From the NCBI GenBank assembly GCA_026414725.1, contig JAOAIL010000001.1, positions 52,566 to 116,565 on the forward strand: a stretch of 64,000 nucleotides of DNA, written 5' to 3'. Shown here piece after piece: positions 1-10,700 of this stretch. Position 1 is the first letter of the stretch. Each line of letters opens with the position of its first letter. The notes below the pieces were generated by a model, which was not told the origin of the DNA, did not search any database, and saw nothing but the letters and a program-made list of their open reading frames with translations. This DNA is from a bacterium. Lineage in GTDB: Bacteria > Ratteibacteria > UBA8468 > B48-G9 > JAFGKM01. The translations under genes and the position numbers were made by a program.

Positions 1-207
1 GAATTCCGGGTCTTCTATCTGAGGGTCTTTCTGAAAAACAACAAGAAGTTCTTCTTCACTTGCCAGTGCCTCTTCTACAGTATTTATTGAACGTACTCTA
101 CCAACCAGAAGAGGTACCACCATATTAGGAAATATAATAAGGTCTCTTAAAGGTAAAGCAGGTAGTACTTTCCTGCCTGATTTTTCATTTTTTTTCAGTA
201 TAACCAT
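1..207 (-). CDS. lon: ATP-dependent protease Lon, N-terminal fragment (gene continues beyond window start)
   Basis: Minus-strand translation from the ATG at 207 gives [69 protein letters not shown]. This matches the Lon N-terminal (LON substrate-binding) consensus [23 protein letters not shown]. The start overlaps the clpP 3' end by ~23 nt. It is absent from the ORF track because it is truncated at the window edge. Confidence 0.6.
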   Translation of the reverse strand, partial: MVILKKNEKSGRKVLPALPLRDLIIFPNMVVPLLVGRVRSINTVEEALASEEELLVVFQKDPQIEDPEF

Positions 208-814
208 TTTTCATCAATAAAGAGATTTTTGCTGACAGGATGATTTTATCTCCAAGACCATATTTCACACTTTCTTCTGCATTCATAAAATAGTCCCTGT
301 CGGTATCCTTTTCAATTTTTTTTACAGAATTCCCTGTATGTAAAGCAAGGATATCTGTAACAATTTTCTTCAGTCGTAGCATCTCTTTCGTCTGAATACT
401 TACATCCTTTGCAGTTCCTTCCACACCACCCCATGGCTGATGGATTAAAACCCTGCTATGTGGAAGTAGATATCTTTTCCCTTTTGTCCCGCCAGCAAGA
501 AGTAATGCACCCATACTTGCTGCCTGACCTATACAGTAGGTGGCTACATCGCAGGAAACAAACTGCATTGTATCATATATAGCAAGACCTGCCGTTATAG
601 ACCCCCCTGCAGTATTGAGGTAAAGATGTATATCCTTCTTCGGGTCTTCATTTTGAAGAAACAGGAACTCTGCAATTACAACATTAGCTAAACTATCTGT
701 TATAGGAGCACCTATAAATATAATTCTATCTTTTAAAAGACGAGAATATATATCATATGCCCGTTCTCCTCGTTCTGTGGATTCTATAACATAAGGTATC
801 AATTGTCCTTTCAT
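185..814 (-). CDS. clpP: ATP-dependent Clp protease proteolytic subunit
   Basis: 209 aa. Contains the ClpP Ser-His-Asp region ([20 protein letters not shown]) and a conserved N-terminus ([22 protein letters not shown]). Confidence 0.95.
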   Translation of the reverse strand: MKGQLIPYVIESTERGERAYDIYSRLLKDRIIFIGAPITDSLANVVIAEFLFLQNEDPKKDIHLYLNTAGGSITAGLAIYDTMQFVSCDVATYCIGQAASMGALLLAGGTKGKRYLLPHSRVLIHQPWGGVEGTAKDVSIQTKEMLRLKKIVTDILALHTGNSVKKIEKDTDRDYFMNAEESVKYGLGDKIILSAKISLLMKNGYTEKK

Positions 815-1833
815 TTTATTATCTCCAGTTTTTTCTCTTCACCGGGGAGGATGACCCTTTCTATAAATTTTGCATTATCCCTCATAAACCTGAATGCTTT
901 CTGAATTCTTATTTCATCTTTCAATGCTTCCATCCTGTTTGCCTTTTCAAGTTTCTGTCTTATCTGTTCAGGTGGTTCTCCCGACGACCTGCTTATCTCA
1001 TCTATCCTTTCTTTAATATCCTGCTCTTCTGCCTTTATATTTTCAATCTCCGCTATTTTATCAAGCACTAAATATCTTTTTACAGAAGATATTGCTTCAG
1101 GTTTTACCTTTTCAAAAATATCTTTTGCAATCTTTTCTATTTCTTCTTTACTCTTCCCTTCTGTATTCATCCTGCTAATCTCTTCTTCTGTATATCGTAT
1201 TGCTTCCTCTGTAACCAGTTTATCAGGTACAGGGAAATCCGTTTCCTTAAATATCTCATCCCATAATTGTCTGTTTTCCTTCACTAATGCTTCCACTTTT
1301 TTATACGCCTCTAACTGTTGTCTTATCTTCTCCTTCCATAATCTCCTCTTCTCAGGGTCAATAATTGAAGAAGCAATAGAAGGGTTTTTTTCCCATTCAG
1401 CAAGAACCCCTTCAACCTCTTTCTCTGTAACCTCCTCAGACACTACTTTTTTTACAGGTATACCTTTGTATTTTTTCAAATGTATATCTGGTTTAATCTC
1501 TATATAAACCTTAAACTTCAATCCTTCTTCATCAATAGACACATCAAAAACATCCGGTTCTGCAACAGGATTTAAATTTTTTTCTTTAATTGTTTCAATA
1601 TAAACATCCGGAATTATTCTGTTAATAAGATTTTCATTTATAACTTTCCCAAATTTTTTTTCTATAATTTCCTCAGGAACCTTGCCTTTTCTAAACCCTT
1701 CTACTTCTGCATTTTTTCTTATCTCTTCAACAATATCGTATCGCACCTTATCCACTTCTTCTTTATCAACTACAAAAGATATTTCTCTGCCGAGTGCTGA
1801 CTTTTCTATTATCTCTACCTTAACTTTTTCCAT
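811..1833 (-). CDS. tig: Trigger factor (shorter than typical, 340 aa)
   Basis: N-terminal ribosome-binding signature GFRKGKVP. Sits immediately upstream of clpP (4-nt overlap), matching the classical tig-clpP order. Confidence 0.8.
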   Translation of the reverse strand: MEKVKVEIIEKSALGREISFVVDKEEVDKVRYDIVEEIRKNAEVEGFRKGKVPEEIIEKKFGKVINENLINRIIPDVYIETIKEKNLNPVAEPDVFDVSIDEEGLKFKVYIEIKPDIHLKKYKGIPVKKVVSEEVTEKEVEGVLAEWEKNPSIASSIIDPEKRRLWKEKIRQQLEAYKKVEALVKENRQLWDEIFKETDFPVPDKLVTEEAIRYTEEEISRMNTEGKSKEEIEKIAKDIFEKVKPEAISSVKRYLVLDKIAEIENIKAEEQDIKERIDEISRSSGEPPEQIRQKLEKANRMEALKDEIRIQKAFRFMRDNAKFIERVILPGEEKKLEIIK

Positions 1834-1861
1834 TATTTTTTTCCTTTCAATATGTCTTAAA

Positions 1862-1932
1862 AGCGGGGTACGGGAATCGAACCCGTATAACCAGCTTGGA
1901 AGGCTGATGTTTTACCATTAAACTAACCCCGC
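1862..1932 (-). tRNA. tRNA-Gly (anticodon TCC)
   Basis: Reverse complement folds into a cloverleaf: acceptor GCGGGGT/ACCCCGC, D-stem GTTT/AAAC, anticodon stem TCAGC/GCTGG with loop CTTCCAA (anticodon TCC), T-stem ACGGG/CCCGT, T-loop TTCGATT. No CCA is encoded. Confidence 0.85.
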
Positions 1933-1999
1933 AAAAGAAAAATACTTTCTTATTTCCTTCTCTGCTCAGAGAAAAGGAATTAGAAAAATACTAATTAAA

Positions 2000-2082
2000 T
2001 GGGCAGGGGAGGATTCGAACCTCCGAAGGCATAAGCCGCCAGATTTACAGTCTGGTGCGATTGGCCGCTCCGCAACCTGCCC
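2000..2082 (-). tRNA. tRNA-Tyr (anticodon GTA), type II with long variable arm
   Basis: Reverse complement is GGGCAGG...CCTGCCCA. Anticodon stem CCAGA/TCTGG with loop CTGTAAA (anticodon GTA). T-arm GGAGG-TTCGAAT-CCTCC. Long variable arm. Confidence 0.85.
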
Positions 2083-2350
2083 AATTTATAAAACGTTAAA
2101 TTTCAAAATCTACCTTTATCTAATTTATATAACTCCCGCTCCGCCGCAACGATTATACTCTCTGAGACCCTTTTAACAGGTGGGCACCTCCTCTGACGGC
2201 TTTGACTTTTCGCTCTTAGGCGAACCTGTCAGCCCCATCAGAACTTGGTTCCCTTGTCTCAAGTGTTGGCTCAAGAGTAATTTATCATCACGCACGGAGC
2301 AGGTTAATTTTAATTTTACCTCTTTTTCCAAAAAAAGTAAAATATTTATT

Positions 2351-2803
2351 ATGGTAATTTTTTCAAGAAATCCTGAAGAAACTATAAATATAGGAAAAGA
2401 AATCGCATCTTACCTCAAAAAAGGTGATACTATCGCCTTCACAGGAGAACTTGGAAGTGGAAAGACAACAATGATTAAAGGTATTGTAAAAGAACTCACT
2501 GGATGTGAAGCAACAAGTCCTTCTTTTGTCCTGATAAATGAATATCCAGGACCATTACCTGTATTCCATTTTGACCTTTACAGATTAAAGTGTAAAATAG
2601 AAATGGAGACATTCGGATGGGAAGAGTATCTTGATAAAGGGATTGTGCTTATTGAGTGGGCAGATAAAATATATGATATATTACCGAAAAAGACAATATT
2701 TATAAGCATTTCCCTTATAAACAGTAAAAGAAAAATTATAATAAAAGGACTAAAGGGGAGGATAAAAGATGACAAGCAGAGAAAGAGTGTTAAGGGTACT
2801 TAA
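2351..2803 (+). CDS. tsaE: tRNA threonylcarbamoyladenosine biosynthesis protein TsaE (YjeE ATPase)
   Basis: P-loop FTGELGSGKTTMIKGI. The ORF is listed from a GTG at 2180 but the likely start is the ATG at 2351 (MVIFSRNPEETINIGKEIASYL). The 5' part of the listed ORF overlaps the tRNA-Tyr region. Confidence 0.8.
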   Translation: MVIFSRNPEETINIGKEIASYLKKGDTIAFTGELGSGKTTMIKGIVKELTGCEATSPSFVLINEYPGPLPVFHFDLYRLKCKIEMETFGWEEYLDKGIVLIEWADKIYDILPKKTIFISISLINSKRKIIIKGLKGRIKDDKQRKSVKGT

Positions 2804-4034
2804 TCATCAAATTGCTGATAGAATCCCTGTACATGATACTTTATGGACTGCAACTATAAATAGATGGAAAAAGGAAGGGCTACCTGAAGATATTTCACCA
2901 GATGAGTATTTTGGATATGAACTCGCTCTCTTTGGTGCAGACCTTTCTCCTCGGTTCCCTGTAAAAGTTATAGAGAGGAATGAAGAGTATATTATCACCA
3001 CAACCAATGCAGGAGGAAAAAGGAAAAACCACAGGGACTATTCTACAACCCCTGAGATTATTGACTGGCCTATAAAGACAAAAGATGACTGGAATGAGAT
3101 AAAAAAACGGCTTAAACCTGACTGGAAAAGAATTGATTGGGCAACAGGACTTGCCAACAACCAGACCGCTATAGAAGAAGGGAAGTTTATATGCTTTTCC
3201 GCTGCCTGTGGATATGATGCAGTAGGATATTATATGAAATCCGACCAGTTATTAATCACAATGGCTGAGGACCCTGACTGGGTAAAAGATATGGTGATGA
3301 CACTTGCAGAACTCATTATTGTAACAGCGGACCTAATGATAAATAACGGGTTTAAGTTTGATGGTGCATTTTTATATAATGATATGGGATATAAAAATGG
3401 CCTTTTTTTCTCTCCTGAAAGTTATAAAAAAACCCATTATGAAGCAGACCGTTTACTTTATGGATACTTCCACTCAAAAGGAATGAAAACAATACTCCAC
3501 AGTTGTGGTAATGTGACAGAATTAATTCCTTTACTTATAGAAGTAGGGCTGGACTGTCTTCAGCCACTTGAAGTAAAGGCAGGTATGGACGTAATTTCTC
3601 TTAAAGAGAAATATGGAGACCAACTTGCATTTATGGGAAATATAGATGTACGACTGATGGCAGATGAAGACCTCTCAAAGATAGAAGAGGAAATAAAAAA
3701 GAAATTTGAAGTGGCTAAAAAAAATGGTGGTTATATCTATCATTCAGACCACTCAATTCCAAATAATGTAAGTTTCCAGCAGTACTGTAAGGTAATGGAA
3801 CTTATTAAGAAATATGGTGTCTATCCTGAATATGTAGAGGGACAACAACTCCCTTCTACTCCTGAAACAATTGAAGTGGTAACTGAAACAAAACCAGTTG
3901 AACAACCCAAGAGAAAATTATTTGGTAAAAAAGGAACAGAACCCGTAGCACAAAAGCCGATAGAACAACCTGTTAAGGCAGAAATAGAAAAACAGAAGAA
4001 AGGTATAAAGATATTTGGAAGGAAGAAAGGATAA
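2769..4034 (+). CDS. Uroporphyrinogen-decarboxylase-family (MtaA/CmuA-like) methyltransferase with a Lys/Pro/Glu-rich repetitive C-terminal tail
   Basis: ~330-aa URO-D-like core (RIPVHDTLW..., HSCGNVTELIPLLIEVGLDCLQPLE, FMGNIDV). The C-terminal ~70 aa are low-complexity (KPVEQPKRK / KPIEQPVKAEIEKQKK). Confidence 0.55.
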   Translation: MTSRERVLRVLNHQIADRIPVHDTLWTATINRWKKEGLPEDISPDEYFGYELALFGADLSPRFPVKVIERNEEYIITTTNAGGKRKNHRDYSTTPEIIDWPIKTKDDWNEIKKRLKPDWKRIDWATGLANNQTAIEEGKFICFSAACGYDAVGYYMKSDQLLITMAEDPDWVKDMVMTLAELIIVTADLMINNGFKFDGAFLYNDMGYKNGLFFSPESYKKTHYEADRLLYGYFHSKGMKTILHSCGNVTELIPLLIEVGLDCLQPLEVKAGMDVISLKEKYGDQLAFMGNIDVRLMADEDLSKIEEEIKKKFEVAKKNGGYIYHSDHSIPNNVSFQQYCKVMELIKKYGVYPEYVEGQQLPSTPETIEVVTETKPVEQPKRKLFGKKGTEPVAQKPIEQPVKAEIEKQKKGIKIFGRKKG

Positions 4035-4037
4035 GGA

Positions 4038-4985
4038 ATGAAAAAGGTAGTAGGTATAGATATAGGTGGAACATACATAAAGGCAGGGCTTACAGATGAA
4101 AATGGGAATGTTTTAAAAAAACAGCAGTTTCCTACACGCACTGAAGAAGGTAAAAAAGAGGTTGTTCTTAAACAGATTGAGACCGCTATTGAGTTTGTTT
4201 TAGAAGGACTTGATGAAAAGCCAACAGGAATAGGTATAGGAACTCCAGGTGTTGTAGATAATGAAGGCATTGTCTTTGAAGCACCAAATATTCCTGGCTG
4301 GCATAACCTCCCCTTAAAAAAGATATTCTCTGAAAAATATGGACTGCCTGTTGTTGTAGAAAATGATGTAAATTCAATTACCTGGGGAGAGTACCTCTAT
4401 GGAGCAGGTAAGGGATACAACACAATGATATGTATTACACTGGGTACAGGTGTAGGTGGTGGAATTGTAAAGGATGGGAAACTCCTGCGTGGAAGCAACT
4501 ACTCTGCTTTAGAATTAGGGCATATACCCATTGATTATAAGGGACCGCAGTGTAAATGTGGAAACTATGGATGTATAGAAAGATTTGTAGGAAGGGATTA
4601 TATTGTTGAAAGGGCTATAAATGCAATAAAAAAAGGGGAAAAAACACTCATATATGAACTTTCAGAAAAAAAACTTGAGAATATAACACCAAAGATAATA
4701 TCTGATGCATATAAAAAAGGTGATAAGGTCGCAACTGACATATGGATAGATGTTGGAATATGTTTAGGTGCTTTGTTTTCCGGGCTTGTTAACCTTTTGA
4801 ATCCAGATATTATTGTTATAGGTGGTGGTATATCCAAAAATGTTGAGATTATGTTTGAAACGATTGAAAAGACCATTAAACAACGGGCTATGAATATCCT
4901 CTCACAGAATGTAAAGGTAGTTCAGTCAACTCTCGGAAGTGATGCAGGGATTGTCTCTGCTGGTGCACTTATATTCCAGAAATGA
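4038..4985 (+). CDS. ROK-family sugar kinase (glucokinase-like)
   Basis: N-terminal GIDIGGT, ROK zinc motif CKCGNYGCIE, and ICITLGTGVGGGIV. Confidence 0.8.
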   Translation: MKKVVGIDIGGTYIKAGLTDENGNVLKKQQFPTRTEEGKKEVVLKQIETAIEFVLEGLDEKPTGIGIGTPGVVDNEGIVFEAPNIPGWHNLPLKKIFSEKYGLPVVVENDVNSITWGEYLYGAGKGYNTMICITLGTGVGGGIVKDGKLLRGSNYSALELGHIPIDYKGPQCKCGNYGCIERFVGRDYIVERAINAIKKGEKTLIYELSEKKLENITPKIISDAYKKGDKVATDIWIDVGICLGALFSGLVNLLNPDIIVIGGGISKNVEIMFETIEKTIKQRAMNILSQNVKVVQSTLGSDAGIVSAGALIFQK

Positions 4986-5911
4986 AAATAATCTATTTTG
5001 GCAGTGATGCCTTTGGTATCCCTTCACTTGAAGCCCTGAAAAAAAAATATTGCCTCGCAGGTGTTATAACCTCTCCTGATAAACCCTGTGGAAGAGGGTT
5101 GAAAATTTCTTCTACACCGATAAAAGTATGGGCTTTAAATAACAATATACCTGTATATCAACCAGAGAACATATCAGACACAACATTTATAAAGACCCTA
5201 AAAGATATTTCTCCTGACTTTATTGTCCTCATCTCTTATGGCAAAATACTCCCTGAAGAAATTATAAAGATACCTTCCGCTGGAGCAATTAATGTCCATC
5301 CTTCACTATTACCTAAATATAGAGGTGCTGCCCCTATGGAATGGGCACTCATAAATGGAGAAAAAGAAACAGGTATAACTGTCATAACAATAAAAGACCG
5401 TGTGGATACAGGGGAAATTATAAAACAGGAAAGGACTTCTATTTATGAAACAGATGACATATTTTCATTAAGAAGACGGCTTTCAGAGATTGCACCTTCA
5501 CTTCTGCTTGAAAGTATTACAGATATAAAAAATGGGATAAAACCATTACCACAGCAAGGTATCTCTACATACGCAAGACGGCTTAAAAAAGAAGATGGGC
5601 TTATCCAATGGAAGAAATCTGCTACAGAGGTGTATAATCTCATAAGAGGTGTAAAAGAATGGCCTGGTGCCTATACATATCTGAATGGTAAATATATTAA
5701 AATATACGGAGCATTACCTGTATCAGAAAAAAAAGATGGACAGCCAGGGGAGATAGTAGATATTAACCATTCAAATATATACGTTGCCTGTGGTAAAGGT
5801 ATACTCAAGATTAACGAATTACAGATGGAAGGGAAAAAAAAGATGTCTGCTACAGAATTTATAAATGGATATAGGTTAAAAACAGGTATGACTTTTTCAA
5901 AAAATAGATAA
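4982..5911 (+). CDS. fmt: Methionyl-tRNA formyltransferase
   Basis: MKIIYFGSDAFGIPSLEAL, SLLPKYRGAAPMEWALINGEKETGITV (HxSLLPxxRG motif). C-terminal Fmt domain present. Confidence 0.9.
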   Translation: MKIIYFGSDAFGIPSLEALKKKYCLAGVITSPDKPCGRGLKISSTPIKVWALNNNIPVYQPENISDTTFIKTLKDISPDFIVLISYGKILPEEIIKIPSAGAINVHPSLLPKYRGAAPMEWALINGEKETGITVITIKDRVDTGEIIKQERTSIYETDDIFSLRRRLSEIAPSLLLESITDIKNGIKPLPQQGISTYARRLKKEDGLIQWKKSATEVYNLIRGVKEWPGAYTYLNGKYIKIYGALPVSEKKDGQPGEIVDINHSNIYVACGKGILKINELQMEGKKKMSATEFINGYRLKTGMTFSKNR

Positions 5912-5913
5912 GT

Positions 5914-7023
5914 ATGAAGATAAATATAAGACAGTACTGTGGATTTTTTAAACCGGATACACCGTGTATATATCATAAAAATGATAGATGTATATGTTCA
6001 GAATGCTTGAATTTTAGAAAAATTAAAGGAACTATACTTATTATAAAGAAGGATGCAGCAGGAGATGTTTTAAGAACCACTTCATTGCTTGAGCCACTTA
6101 AGGAAAAATTTTCTGGATATAAAATTATATGGCTGGTGGCAAATAAAAACAGAGAAGTACTGGAAGGGAATCCTTATATTGATGAGATATGGACAGATAC
6201 TACAGAATTTCTTCAGGCAATATCTTTCTTCCATTTTGATATGGTTATAAACCTTGACCTTTCTCCAGATAGTTTAATCACTGCTGGTAGTGCCAATACA
6301 GAGTTATTCTGTGGATTTAGATATAGAAAAAACTGGGATATTGAATGTTCAAACCAAACAGCAGAAGAGTGGTTTCTTTTAAGTCATAATGATGATATGA
6401 AGAAAAAGAACAGGAAAACATATCAGCAGTTTATTACAGAAATAACAGAACTTGATAATTATGGTGAGATTATTGTTCCACTTGAAAAGTCATCCATTAA
6501 AAAGGCAGAAGCATTCGTAAAAAAGCACAAACTGACAGGAAAAAAGATTGTAGGTATAAATACTGGTAGTGGTTCCAGATGGATTACAAAAAGATGGCCT
6601 GAAAAACATCTTATAAAACTTATTGGACTACTTACAGGAGAAAAATACACTGTACTTTTATTTGGTGGTACTGAAGAAAAAGATATTATTGAAAAACTTA
6701 TGAAGAAAAGTAATCCATATCTTATAAACACTGGTTATAATAATACCATTCCTGACTTTTTTGCACTCCTTAATCTTTGTGATGTGGTAGTAAGTGCAGA
6801 TACCCTTGCCATGCATGCAGCAACAGGACTGAAGAAAAAAGTTGTAGCACTTTTTGGTCCCACATCCCCATATGAGATAGCAGATTATGGTAGAATAAAA
6901 AAAATTATTACACCTCTGGATTGTTTCTGTTGTTATAGAAAGAAATGTGATATAAGTCCATCCTGTATGGATATGATAAAACCAGAAGAAGTGCTTTCTG
7001 TAATAGAACAACACTATGGATAA
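5914..7023 (+). CDS. Glycosyltransferase family 9 (ADP-heptose:LPS heptosyltransferase-like) with Cys-rich N-terminus
   Basis: GT9-like C-terminal region (GINTGSGSRWITKRWP, VVSADTLAMHAATGL, ALFGPTSP). N-terminal C-x-C and C-x2-C cluster. Confidence 0.7.
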   Translation: MKINIRQYCGFFKPDTPCIYHKNDRCICSECLNFRKIKGTILIIKKDAAGDVLRTTSLLEPLKEKFSGYKIIWLVANKNREVLEGNPYIDEIWTDTTEFLQAISFFHFDMVINLDLSPDSLITAGSANTELFCGFRYRKNWDIECSNQTAEEWFLLSHNDDMKKKNRKTYQQFITEITELDNYGEIIVPLEKSSIKKAEAFVKKHKLTGKKIVGINTGSGSRWITKRWPEKHLIKLIGLLTGEKYTVLLFGGTEEKDIIEKLMKKSNPYLINTGYNNTIPDFFALLNLCDVVVSADTLAMHAATGLKKKVVALFGPTSPYEIADYGRIKKIITPLDCFCCYRKKCDISPSCMDMIKPEEVLSVIEQHYG

Positions 7024-7735
7024 AAAATCTATAGCAATAGTACTCCCTACCTATAATGAGAAGGACAATATTGTTTCTCTGATAGAAGAGATATTGAAAT
7101 TACAACTTAATATACAGGTCATACTTGTAGACGATAATTCTCCTGATGGAACAGCAGATACTGTAAGAAAGGTATTTATAGATAACCCTCGTGTTTCTGT
7201 ATATGTAAGAACAGAGAAAAAAGGTAGAGGACTTGCTGGAATATATGGTTTTAAAGAAGCACTGAAGACAAATGCAGAGATTATAGGTGAGATGGATGCT
7301 GATTTTTCACATCATCCTTCATTTATCCCATCTATGGTAGAGAAGATAGAGTACTGTGATGTGGTAATTGGTTCAAGATATATAAAAGGTGGAAAAGATA
7401 CACAAAGGGGTAGTTTAAGAAAGATTATAAGTAAAATAAGCCATCTCTATATAAAAACTATTCTTGGAATTAAACTATCAGACCCAACCTCCGGATTCAG
7501 ATTTTTTAAAAGAGATATCCTTGAAAAAATCATTGGTAAACTTTCAGCAGATGACCCTTTTATAATAACTGAGGTTTTGTTTTATCTTAAAAAATATAAT
7601 GCCCGCATATGTGAAGTACCAATAGTATTCCATCAGCGAAAGGCAGGGAAATCAAAACTAAAACCATATATACTTTTTAAATATCTCTTAAAGGTATTAC
7701 TTTTAAGAATGGGGTATGGAAGAAAAAAAATATAG
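7016..7735 (+). CDS. GT2 polyprenyl-phosphate glycosyltransferase (dolichyl-phosphate mannose synthase / ArnC-like)
   Basis: IAIVLPTYNEKDNI, VILVDDNSPDGT and DADFSHHP (the DxD region of GT2 DPM1-like enzymes). Overlaps the downstream GT-C gene. Confidence 0.8.
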   Translation: MDKKSIAIVLPTYNEKDNIVSLIEEILKLQLNIQVILVDDNSPDGTADTVRKVFIDNPRVSVYVRTEKKGRGLAGIYGFKEALKTNAEIIGEMDADFSHHPSFIPSMVEKIEYCDVVIGSRYIKGGKDTQRGSLRKIISKISHLYIKTILGIKLSDPTSGFRFFKRDILEKIIGKLSADDPFIITEVLFYLKKYNARICEVPIVFHQRKAGKSKLKPYILFKYLLKVLLLRMGYGRKKI

Positions 7736-10700
7736 CAGGTATACATTTATACTTATAGGACTTACAACACTGATACGGTTGTATCTTGCATACACTATAG
7801 GACTTGGTGTTGATGAAGCACACTATATTCAGTATGCACTTCAACCTGCCCTTTCCTATTATGACCACCCTCCAATGGTAGGTTATCTGATAAGGTTCTT
7901 TATAATCACTATAGGGAAATCACTTATTACTGTCAGAATGCCTGCAATCATTGCAGGAACTGGAACTGCACTCATGCTATTTTACACAGGGAAACTACTT
8001 TATGGAACAAAAGCGGGGTTCTGGACAGTGGTTATATTCAACTGTATTCCTTTATTTTCCTCTATTGGAGGGATTGCCATTGTCCCTGAAACAATACTTT
8101 CTCTCTTCTGGCTTATTATACTATTTCTGATGTGGCAGATATATCTTACAGGGAAACACTATCTATGGTATCTTACAGGAATTATTGCAGGACTCTCTCT
8201 CCTGACAAAATACACTGCATTTGTAATCTATCCTTCTATCCTCCTTTTCATCTTAACCGTTCCTTCAATGAGAAGATGGATGAGAAAGAAAGAACCGTAT
8301 ATTGGATTTTTAATAAGTACAATAATGTTCATACCTGTTATTATATGGAACTATGAAAACTACTGGGCGTCATTTATATTTCAATTCAGCCATGGACTCG
8401 GTGAGAAAAGATTTTTCAATATAGAGATGTTTTTGAAAAACATCGGTGCACAGGCAGGGGTGTTTTCTCCTTTCATCTTCTTCTTTCTCGTTTATGTCAT
8501 CATTATTACAGTCAGACAGGCAGTAAAAAAAGATGTTAAAGCACTACTTCTTACTTCATTCTCATTACCTGTTATTCTTCTCTTTACATATTCTGGTATG
8601 TCCAATGAAGTCCTTCCCCACTGGCTTGCTGTTGGTTATCTCACAATTCTACCTGCAGCAGGAGAAATCGGCAAAACACTTTTTTCCAGTCCCTCAAAGA
8701 AAATAGCAAGATATTTCTTAATTGTTTCCCTTGTTACAGGAGGAATACTGACAATTCTCATACCAGTTCAGATAATATCTCGTCCTTTTAACCTTTCACA
8801 GGATATAGACATATCACAGGATATTACCGGGTGGAAAGACCTTGCCAGAAGAATAAAAGAGATAAAGATAGAAGAAAAGGGAAAGGACTTTTTTGTATTT
8901 ACACATAAATTCTATATAGCAAGCCAGCTTGCATACTATCTGGAACCAGAAGTTCCGGTATACTGTTTGAGTAAAAGGATAGACCAGTATGACTTCTGGC
9001 AATATTCAGAAAACCTGAAGGTATCTCTGTTTAAAAGAAATGGGATTTTTTTCTGCGATGACCATTTTAAAACAGAACCAGGAAAGTTTTATGTATTCCA
9101 GAAAATTGAAGGTCCGGAAGTACTCCCTGTTTATCAACACAAAAGATTTGTAAAAAACTTCTATATATACAGGTGCTATAATTTTGACACAGAAAAAACA
9201 AACCCATCTTTCCTTCAATCCATAAATTTTATTCAAAGAAATTTTAAAGAAAATGTAAAACGATGGAATGAAAGATATTTTTTCTTTATCAATCATTATG
9301 CCTGTAAAAATAAATTTGTTGATACATTTTTCTTATCTTTAACCTATATAGGATCAGGTTTTATCCTTATACCTCTTATTGTGTTGATTGCCATTTTGAA
9401 AAAAAAGAAACAATCAGTAAGATATATCTTTATCTTTCTAATTTCACTTATTATTGGTGGTATTATAGTTCACATACTGAAAGAGATATTTAATATACCG
9501 CGCCCACTCGGATATTTCGGTAAAGAGTTTGTAAATGTACTGGGGCCACCTCTAAAAAAGGGCTCATTCCCATCAGGACACAGTCAGACCGCATTTACAG
9601 GAGTTCTTCTACTTTCATACCTTATGCCTGAATGGAGTATCCTTTTCCTGATATTAGGAATATTTATAAGTATATCACGATGTTTTGTAGGTGCACACTT
9701 TCCTCTTGATATTATAGGTGGCTTTGTTGTAGCAGTCATTTCATTTTTTACAGCGATGACTCTATTTGAAAAAAGATTTATACTGAAAGAATTATATATT
9801 AAACACAGAATAGCAATAAAAACCGCGATATATCTTATGTTGTTCCTTTATTTTCTCTTTTTTATCATCCCTTACCAGAAATATCCTGTATATACGGACA
9901 CACAGAATATTGCAAAAGATATAAGAATTATAAAACCACTTGCTGTAAGGATATTTACTCCTTTTACTGATTTCCCCTTATACTTTATAAACATCCCTTA
10001 TCCAAAAGGGCAAATTCTTTCATGGTTCATATGGCTTTCTTTTATATGGATAATATATACAGTACTGTTTTTGAGAGAAACACTTAAAATAAAAATACTT
10101 AAAATTCTAAGAGGAATGTTTATAATCCTCCTTTCACTATGTCTATTAACTATTTATGGAATATTCCTACCTGTTCAAAGATATAAACTTATTCCCAAGA
10201 GTTCTGATACTATTCTCTTAGACCTGCACTCTCATACAATATATTCCCATGATGGTATTGTCACACCTGCTTATAACCTTCAATGGCACAATAATTATGG
10301 ATTTAACTGCTGGGCAATCACAGAACATAAAGATGGAAGTATCTCATCAATTTTACAGGAAGAAATAATAAGAAGAAATAATCTACCCAATAGTGTTATT
10401 CCAGCACAGGAGATAAGTTTCAAAGGGGTCTATCTCAATCTCTTAGGGATTGAGAATGATATTAACCCTAAAGAGTTTAATAACCTGAAAGAATTGATAG
10501 ATAAAGTTCACAGTTATGGTGGTGTAGTTATAGTTCCACATATATGGGCAGATAAGAAAATGAAATTTTCTCTTAAGGAAATAGCAGATGCAGGTGTGGA
10601 TGGATTTGAGGTAGCAGGAATTTCTTCTGTCCCGTTAACATATAAGAAACAGAAAGAGATTATAGAACTGTGCAGAAATAGAGGTCTTGTGATGGTAGGT

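Noticed and set aside
1682-1921. 79-aa plus-strand ORF overlapping tig and tRNA-Gly
   Set aside because: Overlaps the tig coding sequence and runs through a tRNA gene on the opposite strand.
3821-4270. 149-aa minus-strand ORF spanning the MtaA-like / ROK kinase junction
   Set aside because: Overlaps two plus-strand genes with clear homology. Low-complexity translation.
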